DNA from: an uncultured Gemmatimonadales bacterium
GTDB taxonomy: Bacteria > Gemmatimonadota > Gemmatimonadetes > Gemmatimonadales > GWC2-71-9
DNA: 64,000 bases
Assembly: GCA_963843115.1 (NCBI GenBank)
Contig: CAWJJB010000007.1
Coordinates: 830,773 to 894,772 of the forward strand
Direction: 5' to 3'
The translations under genes were made by a program, and so were the position numbers. Numbering within the stretch: the first letter of the stretch is position 1; every line of letters begins with the position of its first letter. The notes under the pieces are model-generated. The model ran no database searches and was not told the origin of the DNA. It saw only the letters and a program-made list of their open reading frames with translations. Shown here piece by piece: positions 56,728 to 64,000 of this stretch.

Positions 56728-57837
56728 ATGCCGACCACCCTACCTTCAGCCGACGCCAACCGCATTCAGTCTGCGGTGTGCCACCTCGATGCAGAGCGCA
56801 ACCGGCTTACGTACCGTGGCTATGATGTCAACGAGCTGGCGCGGCATGCGACATTCGAACAGGTCGCGTTCCTGCTCGTGGCGGGAGCGCTGCCGTCAAA
56901 GGCCGAGCTCAGGGCGTACCTCGGGGCGTGGCGCGCCGCCCAGAAGCTGTCGACGGCACAACGGCGTTGGCTTCGCTCGCTTCCGCTACACGCCGACGAA
57001 CTGGTGGTGCTGCGCACCGCAGTCAGCGGGCTGCCGCTCTTCGTCGACGCCTCAGCGCCACCGGCATCAAATGGTGTGTCCGCCGAGGCACTGCGACTGC
57101 TGGCACAGGTCCCGGCAATTGTGGCTGAACGGCAGCGACTGCGCCGAGGGGGAGACAGGGGTCCGGCGTGGGGGCGGCACGGCGTGGCGACTGGATTCCT
57201 GCGCGTCGCCACCGGGGTTGAGCCGCCCACCGAACTGGTACGATCGTTTCAGGCGGCATTGGTGCTCAGGGCCGACAACGAACTGAACCCGGGCACCTAC
57301 GCGGCGCGGGTGGCCGCCTCGACCGGGGCTGACCTCACAAGCTGCGTCACCGCGGCGATGGGTGCATTGTCGGGGCCGAAACACAGCGGGCACACCCTTG
57401 CTGTGGCGCGGCTGCTGGAGCAGGTGGGCAGCCCCGAACGCGCCGATGCAGTGGCCGCGCAGCTGGCACAGGCGGCCAGGAAGCCGGCCGGATTCGGTCA
57501 CCCTGTGTACCGGGAGGAGGACCCTCGCACTCCCACCGCACGGCGCCTTGCGGAGGTAGCGGCGGGTGCCACCGGGAACATGGCCCTGTACACCCTGGCC
57601 AGGGCACTGGAAGACGCGGTGGTCCGGAGTACGGGGCTTCGGGCCAACGTCGATTACTATCTGACCGTAGTTTACCTGGCGGCAGGGTTGCCCCCGGCCG
57701 CCTTTGCTCCGGTTTTTGCAGTGGCACGCACCGCCGGCTGGATCGCACATGCACTTGAGCAGTCCCGGAATCCGGGGCTTATTCGACCCCGAGCGACGTA
57801 CGTAGGGCCCGGGGAACAGACGCTTCTCCACCGCTGA
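56728..57837 (+). CDS. Citrate synthase / 2-methylcitrate synthase family protein
   Basis: LTYRGYDVNELA, GALSGPKHSGH, GFGHPVYREEDPRT, NVDYY and RTAGWIAHALEQ are citrate-synthase family motifs. Confidence 0.8.
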   Translation: MPTTLPSADANRIQSAVCHLDAERNRLTYRGYDVNELARHATFEQVAFLLVAGALPSKAELRAYLGAWRAAQKLSTAQRRWLRSLPLHADELVVLRTAVSGLPLFVDASAPPASNGVSAEALRLLAQVPAIVAERQRLRRGGDRGPAWGRHGVATGFLRVATGVEPPTELVRSFQAALVLRADNELNPGTYAARVAASTGADLTSCVTAAMGALSGPKHSGHTLAVARLLEQVGSPERADAVAAQLAQAARKPAGFGHPVYREEDPRTPTARRLAEVAAGATGNMALYTLARALEDAVVRSTGLRANVDYYLTVVYLAAGLPPAAFAPVFAVARTAGWIAHALEQSRNPGLIRPRATYVGPGEQTLLHR

Positions 57838-57856
57838 CCGCATTTCCGAGAGGATC

Positions 57857-59341
57857 ATGGCCTTCGAATCGCGCGTTGTTGCCGCTGAACCTTCCCAGTA
57901 CAAGACCCCGCTTCTCGCTGTGCTTGTTTCGCGAGGTGACCTGCCCGCTTCACTCGGTGCCCTGGACGAGGCAGCGGCGGGAGCGCTGGGCCGCGCCTAC
58001 AAGAGCGGCGACTTCACCGGCAAGCGAGACGACACGTTCCTGACCTACACCGACGCACCGTTCGCCCGCATGCTGGTGATCGGGGTGGGGAAGAGCGACG
58101 AGAGCAGCATGGCCGCGATCCGGCGAGGGGCTTCCCTCGCCGCAAAGCGGGCGCGGGCGCTCGGGGCGGGTACAGCAGCACTCTTTGTACCCAGCGAAAC
58201 GTTGGGTTCGGTCACTGCGACACAGGCGGCGCAGGCCGTGGCCGAAGGCCTGGCGCAGGGCGCATGGCATTTCACCGAGCTCAAGCGTCCGCCCGAGGAC
58301 CCCAAGGCGCCCCTGACGCAGGTCGATCTGCTGGCGCCGTCCGACACCGCGGCGTGGGAAGCAGGGCACAAGGCTGGGGCGGCCATCGGTGCGGGGCAGA
58401 CGCTCGCGCGCGGACTGCAGATGTTGCCGTCCAACCAGCTCACGCCAACCTTGCTCGCGAATGCCGCGCAGGACATCGGCAAGCGCCACGGCATCCCCGT
58501 GACGGTGCTCGACAAGGCGGCGATCGTGAAGGAGAAGATGGGCGCACTCCTGGCGGTGGCGCAGGGCAGCATCGAGGAACCGCGGTTCATCATGCTCGAC
58601 TACCAGGGTGCGCCCGGTGCGCCGGTCGTGCTGGTTGGGAAGGGCGTCACCTTCGACACCGGTGGCATCTCCATCAAGCCGGCGCTCAACATGGAAGAAA
58701 TGAAGTACGACATGTCGGGCGCCGCGGCGGTGCTCGGCACCTTTGAAATGCTGGGACGCCTCAAGCCAAAGGTGCACGTGGTCGGACTGGTGCCGTCGGC
58801 GGAGAACATGCCTTCGGGCAGTGCCATCAAGCCGGGCGACGTGGTGACGAGCCACTTCGGCAAGACCATTGAAGTCATCAACACCGACGCCGAGGGGAGG
58901 CTGCTCCTCGCCGACGCGCTGTCATTTGCGCGGCGGCTGCAGCCTTCGTGCGTCATCGACATCGCAACGCTCACGGGGGCGATCGTGGTGGCGCTGGGTC
59001 ATACGGCGACGGGGCTCTTTGGCACGGATGAGGCCCTCATTGCCGAGCTGAAAGCGGCGAGCGAGCGCGCCGACGAGCGCGCCTGGCCGCTTCCGCTCTG
59101 GGACGACTACCGGGAGCTCAACAAGTCGGACATCGCTGACGTCAAGAACAGTGGCGGGCGGGCGGGCGGGAGTATTTCGGCCGGGTGGTTCCTGCGCGAA
59201 TTTGTGGAGGGCTTCCCCTGGGCCCACCTCGATATCGCCGGCACCGCGTACACTGATCGAGAGGATGCCAGCCGGGTCAAGGGTCCCACAGGCACGGGCG
59301 TCCGTCTCTTCTCCGAGTTCGTCCTCGCTCGACAAGGCTGA
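57857..59341 (+). CDS. pepA: Leucyl aminopeptidase (M17)
   Basis: VGKGVTFDTGGISIKP, MKYDMSGAA, NTDAEGRLLLADAL and ATLTGA. Confidence 0.95.
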   Translation: MAFESRVVAAEPSQYKTPLLAVLVSRGDLPASLGALDEAAAGALGRAYKSGDFTGKRDDTFLTYTDAPFARMLVIGVGKSDESSMAAIRRGASLAAKRARALGAGTAALFVPSETLGSVTATQAAQAVAEGLAQGAWHFTELKRPPEDPKAPLTQVDLLAPSDTAAWEAGHKAGAAIGAGQTLARGLQMLPSNQLTPTLLANAAQDIGKRHGIPVTVLDKAAIVKEKMGALLAVAQGSIEEPRFIMLDYQGAPGAPVVLVGKGVTFDTGGISIKPALNMEEMKYDMSGAAAVLGTFEMLGRLKPKVHVVGLVPSAENMPSGSAIKPGDVVTSHFGKTIEVINTDAEGRLLLADALSFARRLQPSCVIDIATLTGAIVVALGHTATGLFGTDEALIAELKAASERADERAWPLPLWDDYRELNKSDIADVKNSGGRAGGSISAGWFLREFVEGFPWAHLDIAGTAYTDREDASRVKGPTGTGVRLFSEFVLARQG

Positions 59342-59350
59342 CGCCACAGC

Positions 59351-61213
59351 GTGGCTGCGGAGCCGCACCGCCGTCTCCTGAGCCCGCGACTTGTCCTGGC
59401 CGCGCTGCTCGTCCTGCCCGCGCAGCTGCACGGGCAGGTGCAGCAGCTCGCTGACAGCATTCGCGCCGACTCCATCCGGGCTGACTCGATCCGGGCCGAC
59501 TCCGCCGCGAGGCGGCAGGCCATCCAGACCGAGCGATATCTCAGTGCCACGGCGAACAAGAACACATCGGTGCCCTCGTTGCCCTACATCGGGGCGGAGG
59601 GACCGCGCGCCGCCGGTGCCCGCATTGTCTTCACGCGGGACTCCATGGACTGGGCGATGGCCCACACCCTGGGCGACCTGGTGGCACTTGTGCCCGGGTC
59701 GTACCTGTGGCGCACCGGGTGGCTCGGGACGGCAGCCTTGCCGAACTATCGCGCGCGCGGCGCCACGTCGGTGGAGTATTTCCTCGACGGCCTGCCATAC
59801 GTGGGCGTCGGTTCCGACAGCGTGTCTATCGACCCGTCAATTTTTGCCCTGAGCCTGCTGGAGCGCGTCGAGATCGAGCCATGGCCTGGCTCGCTCAGGG
59901 TGTACCTGTTCTCCCGCCGCTACGATCGCGTGGCGCCGCGGTCCCTCATCGGGCTGGGCCGCGGCACCAACAGTCTGACGCGCTTCCAGGCCCAACTGGA
60001 AAAGCGGTCGGTCAACAAGCTGGGCTTCGGCGTTGCTGGGGATTACTACAACAGCGGACGGGCCAGCGGCTCTTCCGGAAGTTTCTACCTCAATACCCAG
60101 GCATGGGCGCAGCTGAGCTACATGCCGTCGCCGCGCTATGGCCTCGTGGCGCAGTATGTCACCTCGTCGCCCAATCGTCAGGACGAGGTGGATGTCTCGT
60201 CAGGTAACGTTGTGCTCGGCACGGATGGTGGCCGGAGTGACCTGTTCCTCAGGGGCTTCGTGCGGAAGCGCGACGACGGACTCGGGTCGGGCCTGGACCT
60301 CAGCATAGGACGAACGGCATTCGGCGGCGACACCGTCAATATGGTGCAGCAGAGCATCTGGTCCATTACGGCCAACGGCTCATGGCGCACGCCCACCTTG
60401 AGCGCCACCGCGTCGGCGGCCTATCGCACACGCTGGACGGTGCTCGATTTCGGGGCCACCGCCGGATGGACGCCCTCCTCTCGCCTCGGCGTGAACGCGA
60501 ACGCGGTGTACCAGCTCCTCTCCGCAGGGCGCTCGAGTGTGTGGGCGGGTGCCCAGGCCTCATTTTCTCCATTCAGTCATGTGCTGCTGCGAGGCACGGC
60601 GCGTGCCGGTTCTATCGTGCAGGCGCCGAGCATCGAAGCCGATACGGCGCAATCGGTGCTCGAAGCTTCCGGCAGCATCGGATGGGAAAGTCGGCTCCTG
60701 GGCGTCGAGGTGGGCGTCGCGCGCACATCGGCGTTCAACCCCATGGCCTATCAGCAGACGCAGCTCACGGTAGCCGCGATCAACTCCTCGCAGGCCACGA
60801 ACTGGTTCCACGCCCAGGGGCGCATCAACCCGACCGACTGGCTTTCGGTCGATGCCTGGTACTCGAGTGCCATGAACGTCATGCCTGACGGCCAGCCGCC
60901 GGAACACGCACGGGTCATGGGAACCGTCCGGTCGCGCTTCCTTCGCACCTTTCCGAGCGGTGCGTTCGATCTCAAGGCCTCGCTCGGCTTTGAGCGCTGG
61001 AGCGGCGGTGTGCTCGGCACCGGGACGGGCGGCGCACCGTTCGCCCTGCCGTCGCAGATGTATCTCGAGACCCTGATCGAGCTCAAGATTCAGAGCTTTA
61101 TCGTGTATTTCTCTCGGGCCAACCTGCTCTCGGAGCTGCCCGGTTACGTGCCTGGCTTCCCAGTCACTCCGCTCGCGACCACCTTCGGCATCCGCTGGGG
61201 CTTCCTCAACTAG
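59351..61213 (+). CDS. Large outer-membrane protein with an N-terminal plug-like region, unknown function
   Basis: Signal-like LVLAALLVLPAQLHGQ, a TonB-receptor-plug-like stretch (TLGDLVALVPGSYLWRTG...GATSVEYFLDGLPY...LERVEIEP), long beta-rich C-terminal part ending ...FGIRWGFLN. GTG start 10 nt after pepA. Confidence 0.5.
   Translation: MAAEPHRRLLSPRLVLAALLVLPAQLHGQVQQLADSIRADSIRADSIRADSAARRQAIQTERYLSATANKNTSVPSLPYIGAEGPRAAGARIVFTRDSMDWAMAHTLGDLVALVPGSYLWRTGWLGTAALPNYRARGATSVEYFLDGLPYVGVGSDSVSIDPSIFALSLLERVEIEPWPGSLRVYLFSRRYDRVAPRSLIGLGRGTNSLTRFQAQLEKRSVNKLGFGVAGDYYNSGRASGSSGSFYLNTQAWAQLSYMPSPRYGLVAQYVTSSPNRQDEVDVSSGNVVLGTDGGRSDLFLRGFVRKRDDGLGSGLDLSIGRTAFGGDTVNMVQQSIWSITANGSWRTPTLSATASAAYRTRWTVLDFGATAGWTPSSRLGVNANAVYQLLSAGRSSVWAGAQASFSPFSHVLLRGTARAGSIVQAPSIEADTAQSVLEASGSIGWESRLLGVEVGVARTSAFNPMAYQQTQLTVAAINSSQATNWFHAQGRINPTDWLSVDAWYSSAMNVMPDGQPPEHARVMGTVRSRFLRTFPSGAFDLKASLGFERWSGGVLGTGTGGAPFALPSQMYLETLIELKIQSFIVYFSRANLLSELPGYVPGFPVTPLATTFGIRWGFLN
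59450..59509 (+). repeat. In-frame 15-nt tandem repeat encoding (ADSIR)x3 plus a degenerate fourth unit
   Basis: Units are gctgacagcattcgc / gccgactccatccgg / gctgactcgatccgg / gccgactccgccgcg. They differ mainly at synonymous positions. Confidence 0.8.
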
Positions 61214-61365
61214 CTGAGGTCGGTGCTGCTATCTGCATTCGCCACAGGGGCTTGCAACGGGGCAGCATTGCGGACCCCCGACCCAGATTGCGCCTACCAG
61301 CAAGGCGCTCTGGAAGCTATCTTTACCCTCTTTCCCACGATCGGGGGCCGGGCTTGCCGCACAGC

Positions 61366-62229
61366 ATGACGGGTTTTGGAGCGGCGGAGGGTCCGGTAGC
61401 AGGTGGGCGCCTTCGGATCGAGATCCGTACGGTGAACCATCGGTTCTTCAATTTTTCGCCCAAGCTGCCGAATGAGTTGTCGGCGGTGGAGGGTGAGCTG
61501 CGCGAGCGGGTCCGTCGCGACCTCGACCGGGGCCACATAGCCGTCTCCGCACGATGGACGGAATACCCGGAGCGGGAGGCGGCGCTGGCGATCGACCTGC
61601 CGCGCGCCGAGGCAGCGGCGAGCCGACTCCGTGAGCTCAAGTCGGCGCTCGATCTTGCTGGCGAGGTGACGCTCGAGATGGTGGCGCGCCAACCCGAAGT
61701 GCTCGTGACACGGAGCGCCGAGGCGGCCGAGATTGCCTTCGCCGAGGTGGAACCAATTGTCGCGCGTGCCGCGTCGGAATGTCGGGCGATGCGGGCCCGC
61801 GAGGGAGCGGCGCTGGGAGCCGACCTGCTGGCGCGCCTGGTGGCACTCGAGGCGGGTGCCGCAAGCATTGCGGACCGAGCGCCCGAGCGCCTGCAACGGG
61901 AGCGCGACCGGCTCCACGCCTCGGTGACCCAATTGCTGGCGGGGCGGCCGCTCGACGACCAGCGGCTGGCCCAGGAGATCGCGATCCTGGCCGACAAGCT
62001 CGACATCTCCGAGGAACTGGTCCGGTTCCGGCAGCACCTGGTCGCGTGCCGCGGGGCGCTGTCGGCCGACCAGCCCGCCGGGAAGCAGCTCGGCTTCCTG
62101 GCCCAGGAGCTCGGCCGCGAAGTGAACACGATGGGTGCCAAGGCGAACGATGCGGTGATCCAGCAGGAGGTCATCGGCATGAAGGGAGAACTGGAGAAAT
62201 TTCGCGAGCAACTCGAGAACCTCGAGTGA
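61366..62229 (+). CDS. yicC: YicC-family stress-induced protein
   Basis: MTGFGAAEG...IEIRTVNHRFFNF and the C-terminal GKQLGFLAQELGREVNTMGAKAND. Codon usage upstream of 61366 is not coding-like. Confidence 0.85.
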   Translation: MTGFGAAEGPVAGGRLRIEIRTVNHRFFNFSPKLPNELSAVEGELRERVRRDLDRGHIAVSARWTEYPEREAALAIDLPRAEAAASRLRELKSALDLAGEVTLEMVARQPEVLVTRSAEAAEIAFAEVEPIVARAASECRAMRAREGAALGADLLARLVALEAGAASIADRAPERLQRERDRLHASVTQLLAGRPLDDQRLAQEIAILADKLDISEELVRFRQHLVACRGALSADQPAGKQLGFLAQELGREVNTMGAKANDAVIQQEVIGMKGELEKFREQLENLE

Positions 62230-62882
62230 CGCCGTTCATCCTGGTGCTGTCATCGCCTTCGGGCGGCGGGAAGACGACGATCGCGCATCGGCTCGTCTCG
62301 AGCCGCCGCGACCTCGAGTATTCGATCTCGGCTACCACGCGTGCACCGCGAGCCGGGGAGCGCGAGGGAGAGCACTACCACTTCGTGCCGCGAGACGAAT
62401 TCGAGCGGCGGGCGAAGGCCGGGGAGTTTCTCGAGTGGGCGGAGTACAGTGGCAACCTGTACGGCACGCTGCGTGAGGAGATCGGCCGGATCCATGCGGC
62501 AGGCCACCATGCCGTGCTCGACATCGACCTGCAGGGCGCCCGGCAGTTGCGGGGCAACAGCGCATCGGCAGTCGAGGTGTTTGTGCTGCCGCCCTCGGGT
62601 GCGTCGCTGGCGGAGCGACTGGTGGGTCGCAACACCGAGACGGCGGCGGCGCTGCGGCGCCGGCTGGAACGGGCCGCGGAGGAAATCCTCGCGGCAGGCG
62701 AGTACGACTACGTGATCGTGAACGACGATCTGGAGCATGCGGTACGGCAAGTGGAGAGCATCATTGAGGCCGAGTCGCGACGCGCACATCGCCTTGCTGA
62801 CCTGACGGGGACGTTGCAGGATCTCCGGCAGGCCGTCGAGACGGAAGCACGCAGGCACCCGGCCGTGAACGCAGGATCGTAA
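62226..62882 (+). CDS. gmk: Guanylate kinase
   Basis: P-loop SSPSGGGKTT, SATTRAPRAGEREGEHYHF, and EWAEYSGNLYGT. GTGA overlap with yicC. Confidence 0.9.
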   Translation: MTPFILVLSSPSGGGKTTIAHRLVSSRRDLEYSISATTRAPRAGEREGEHYHFVPRDEFERRAKAGEFLEWAEYSGNLYGTLREEIGRIHAAGHHAVLDIDLQGARQLRGNSASAVEVFVLPPSGASLAERLVGRNTETAAALRRRLERAAEEILAAGEYDYVIVNDDLEHAVRQVESIIEAESRRAHRLADLTGTLQDLRQAVETEARRHPAVNAGS

Positions 62883-62894
62883 GGAGACAGGACA

Positions 62895-63104
62895 ATGCGG
62901 ATTGTGACCCCGAATGAGGTGGCGAAGCCGGCGGGCAACAAGTATCTCGGCGTGCTGGTCGCGGCGAAGTTCGCCCGCTACCTCAACGACTTCCCCAAGG
63001 ACCACTTCCAGATGGAAGAGAAGCTCACCACGCGCTCGCTCGAGGAGCTCGCGGAGGGTGACCTCAACTACAAGTTGGTGCGCCGCCGCCGCTCTGAGGC
63101 GTGA
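62895..63104 (+). CDS. rpoZ: DNA-directed RNA polymerase omega subunit
   Basis: 69 aa. NKYLGVLVAAKFARYL resembles the omega core. Conserved gmk-rpoZ position. Confidence 0.85.
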   Translation: MRIVTPNEVAKPAGNKYLGVLVAAKFARYLNDFPKDHFQMEEKLTTRSLEELAEGDLNYKLVRRRRSEA

Positions 63105-64000
63105 CGGTGTGGTCCGGCCGGCACGTCGTCCTCGGCGTGTCGGGCGGGATCGCCTGCTACAAGAGCTGCTATCTCGCCCGGCACCTGACCGAAGCCGGCG
63201 CGCGGGTCGATGTGGTGCTGACCCGGTCCGCGGCCGAATTCGTGCGCCCGGTAACGTTCGAGGCACTGACGGGTCGGCCGGTGCTCGCGTCGCTCTGGGA
63301 TCGCGATGCAGCGCTCAACCATGTGCGATGGGGCCAGCAGGCGGACGTTGTGATCGTGGCGCCTGCCACCGCACAACTGATTGCACGTATGGCGCAGGGC
63401 CTGGCTGACGACGCACTGACCAGCCTGTTGCTCGCCGCGACGTCGCCGGTGCTGATCGCTCCCGCCATGAATGACGAGATGTTCGCACACCCCCAGACAC
63501 AAGTGAACCTGGCGCTGCTTGAGCGTCGCGGTGTTTCCATTGTCGGTCCCGACATCGGGTCCCTCGCCGAAGGGCCATCCAGCAGGCCGGGCCGAATGAG
63601 CGAGCCCGATGTCATTGCGGCGCATGCCGCCCGCCTGATGCGTCGGGGCAGCCGGCTCGAGGGGAAGCGCGTGGTCGTGACCGCTGGCCCGACCCGGGAG
63701 GCCCTCGACCCGGTGCGGGTCGTGACCAACCGTTCGAGTGGCAAGATGGGATACCGGCTGGCGGAAGCGGCCTGGGAACGTGGGGCAGACGTACAGCTCA
63801 TCTCCGGTCCGGTGGCGCTCGAGGCACCAACGGGTGTCGAGGTAGCGCGCATTGATTCCACCGCCGAGCTCGAACAGGCCGTTCGCGACGCCCTGCCGGC
63901 CGCGGACATCCTGATCATGGCCGCCGCGCCAGCCGACTACCGGCCGAGTGCCTTCAGTGCGGCCAAGCGCGCGCGCGTCGATGGTGCGCTGGCCATCCCG
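63101..64000 (+). CDS. coaBC: Bifunctional phosphopantothenoylcysteine decarboxylase/synthetase CoaBC (3' end outside window)
   Basis: My own translation from GTG 63101 gives HVVLGVSGGIACYKS, VAPATAQLIARMAQGLADDALT, APAMNDEM, GRMSEP and VTAGPTREALDPVRVVTNRSSGKMG. The frame is open to base 64000. Confidence 0.9.
   Translation, partial: MTVWSGRHVVLGVSGGIACYKSCYLARHLTEAGARVDVVLTRSAAEFVRPVTFEALTGRPVLASLWDRDAALNHVRWGQQADVVIVAPATAQLIARMAQGLADDALTSLLLAATSPVLIAPAMNDEMFAHPQTQVNLALLERRGVSIVGPDIGSLAEGPSSRPGRMSEPDVIAAHAARLMRRGSRLEGKRVVVTAGPTREALDPVRVVTNRSSGKMGYRLAEAAWERGADVQLISGPVALEAPTGVEVARIDSTAELEQAVRDALPAADILIMAAAPADYRPSAFSAAKRARVDGALAIP

Noticed and set aside
61252-61365. TTG-initiated extension of yicC
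   Set aside because: Third-codon positions there are mixed A/T/G/C, unlike coding regions in this genome. YicC homology starts at MTGFG (61366).

Overview
This is a GC-rich chromosomal segment from a diderm bacterium, with strong G/C preference at codon position 3. A TPR-type Ser/Thr kinase, many small outer-membrane beta-barrels, ECF sigma factors and cyanophycin genes would fit a Gemmatimonadota- or Acidobacteriota-like lineage, but taxonomy cannot be proven from this window. I call about 60 tightly packed protein genes with many start/stop overlaps, plus one tRNA-Leu(CAA). I saw no rRNA, CRISPR array, IS/transposase, integrase, phage gene or recognisable defence gene, and no low-GC island, so this looks like core chromosome rather than an accessory region.

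Content in order:
- 3' part of a Ser/Thr kinase.
- A four-gene cyanophycin cassette: IadA/CphZ-like dipeptidase, cyanophycinase, CphA1, and a CphA paralog lacking the ATP-grasp domain.
- A minus-strand run of rlmN followed by six small uncharacterised genes.
- LysR and DUF1330 genes divergent from a Cys-type arylsulfatase and a secreted HAD phosphatase.
- A long coupled run: aspS-phoH-ybeY-corC-corC-mgtE-ABC1 kinase-SulP.
- An eRF1/Pelota-fold (baeRF/Vms1-like) protein carrying a GGQ motif, coupled to an atypical HAD hydrolase.
- Acyl-CoA metabolism genes (carboxyltransferase, enoyl-CoA hydratase, IcmF, MutA/MutB/MeaB, acyl-CoA dehydrogenase) interleaved with small OMP barrels and a TPPII-like S8 lipoprotein peptidase.
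- recQ, a DUF4239-Gdx/SugE pair, RNase E/G, rplU-rpmA, and an ECF sigma/anti-sigma/LTXXQ trio.
- ppa, tRNA-Leu, a citrate synthase family gene, pepA, a large OMP, and yicC-gmk-rpoZ-coaBC.

The best candidates for something under-described are the GGQ-bearing eRF1-fold/HAD pair (28902-30775) and the G-domain-less CphA paralog (7060-8781). Everything else is ordinary or only mildly unusual. All functional calls come from motif recognition by eye, with no database search.
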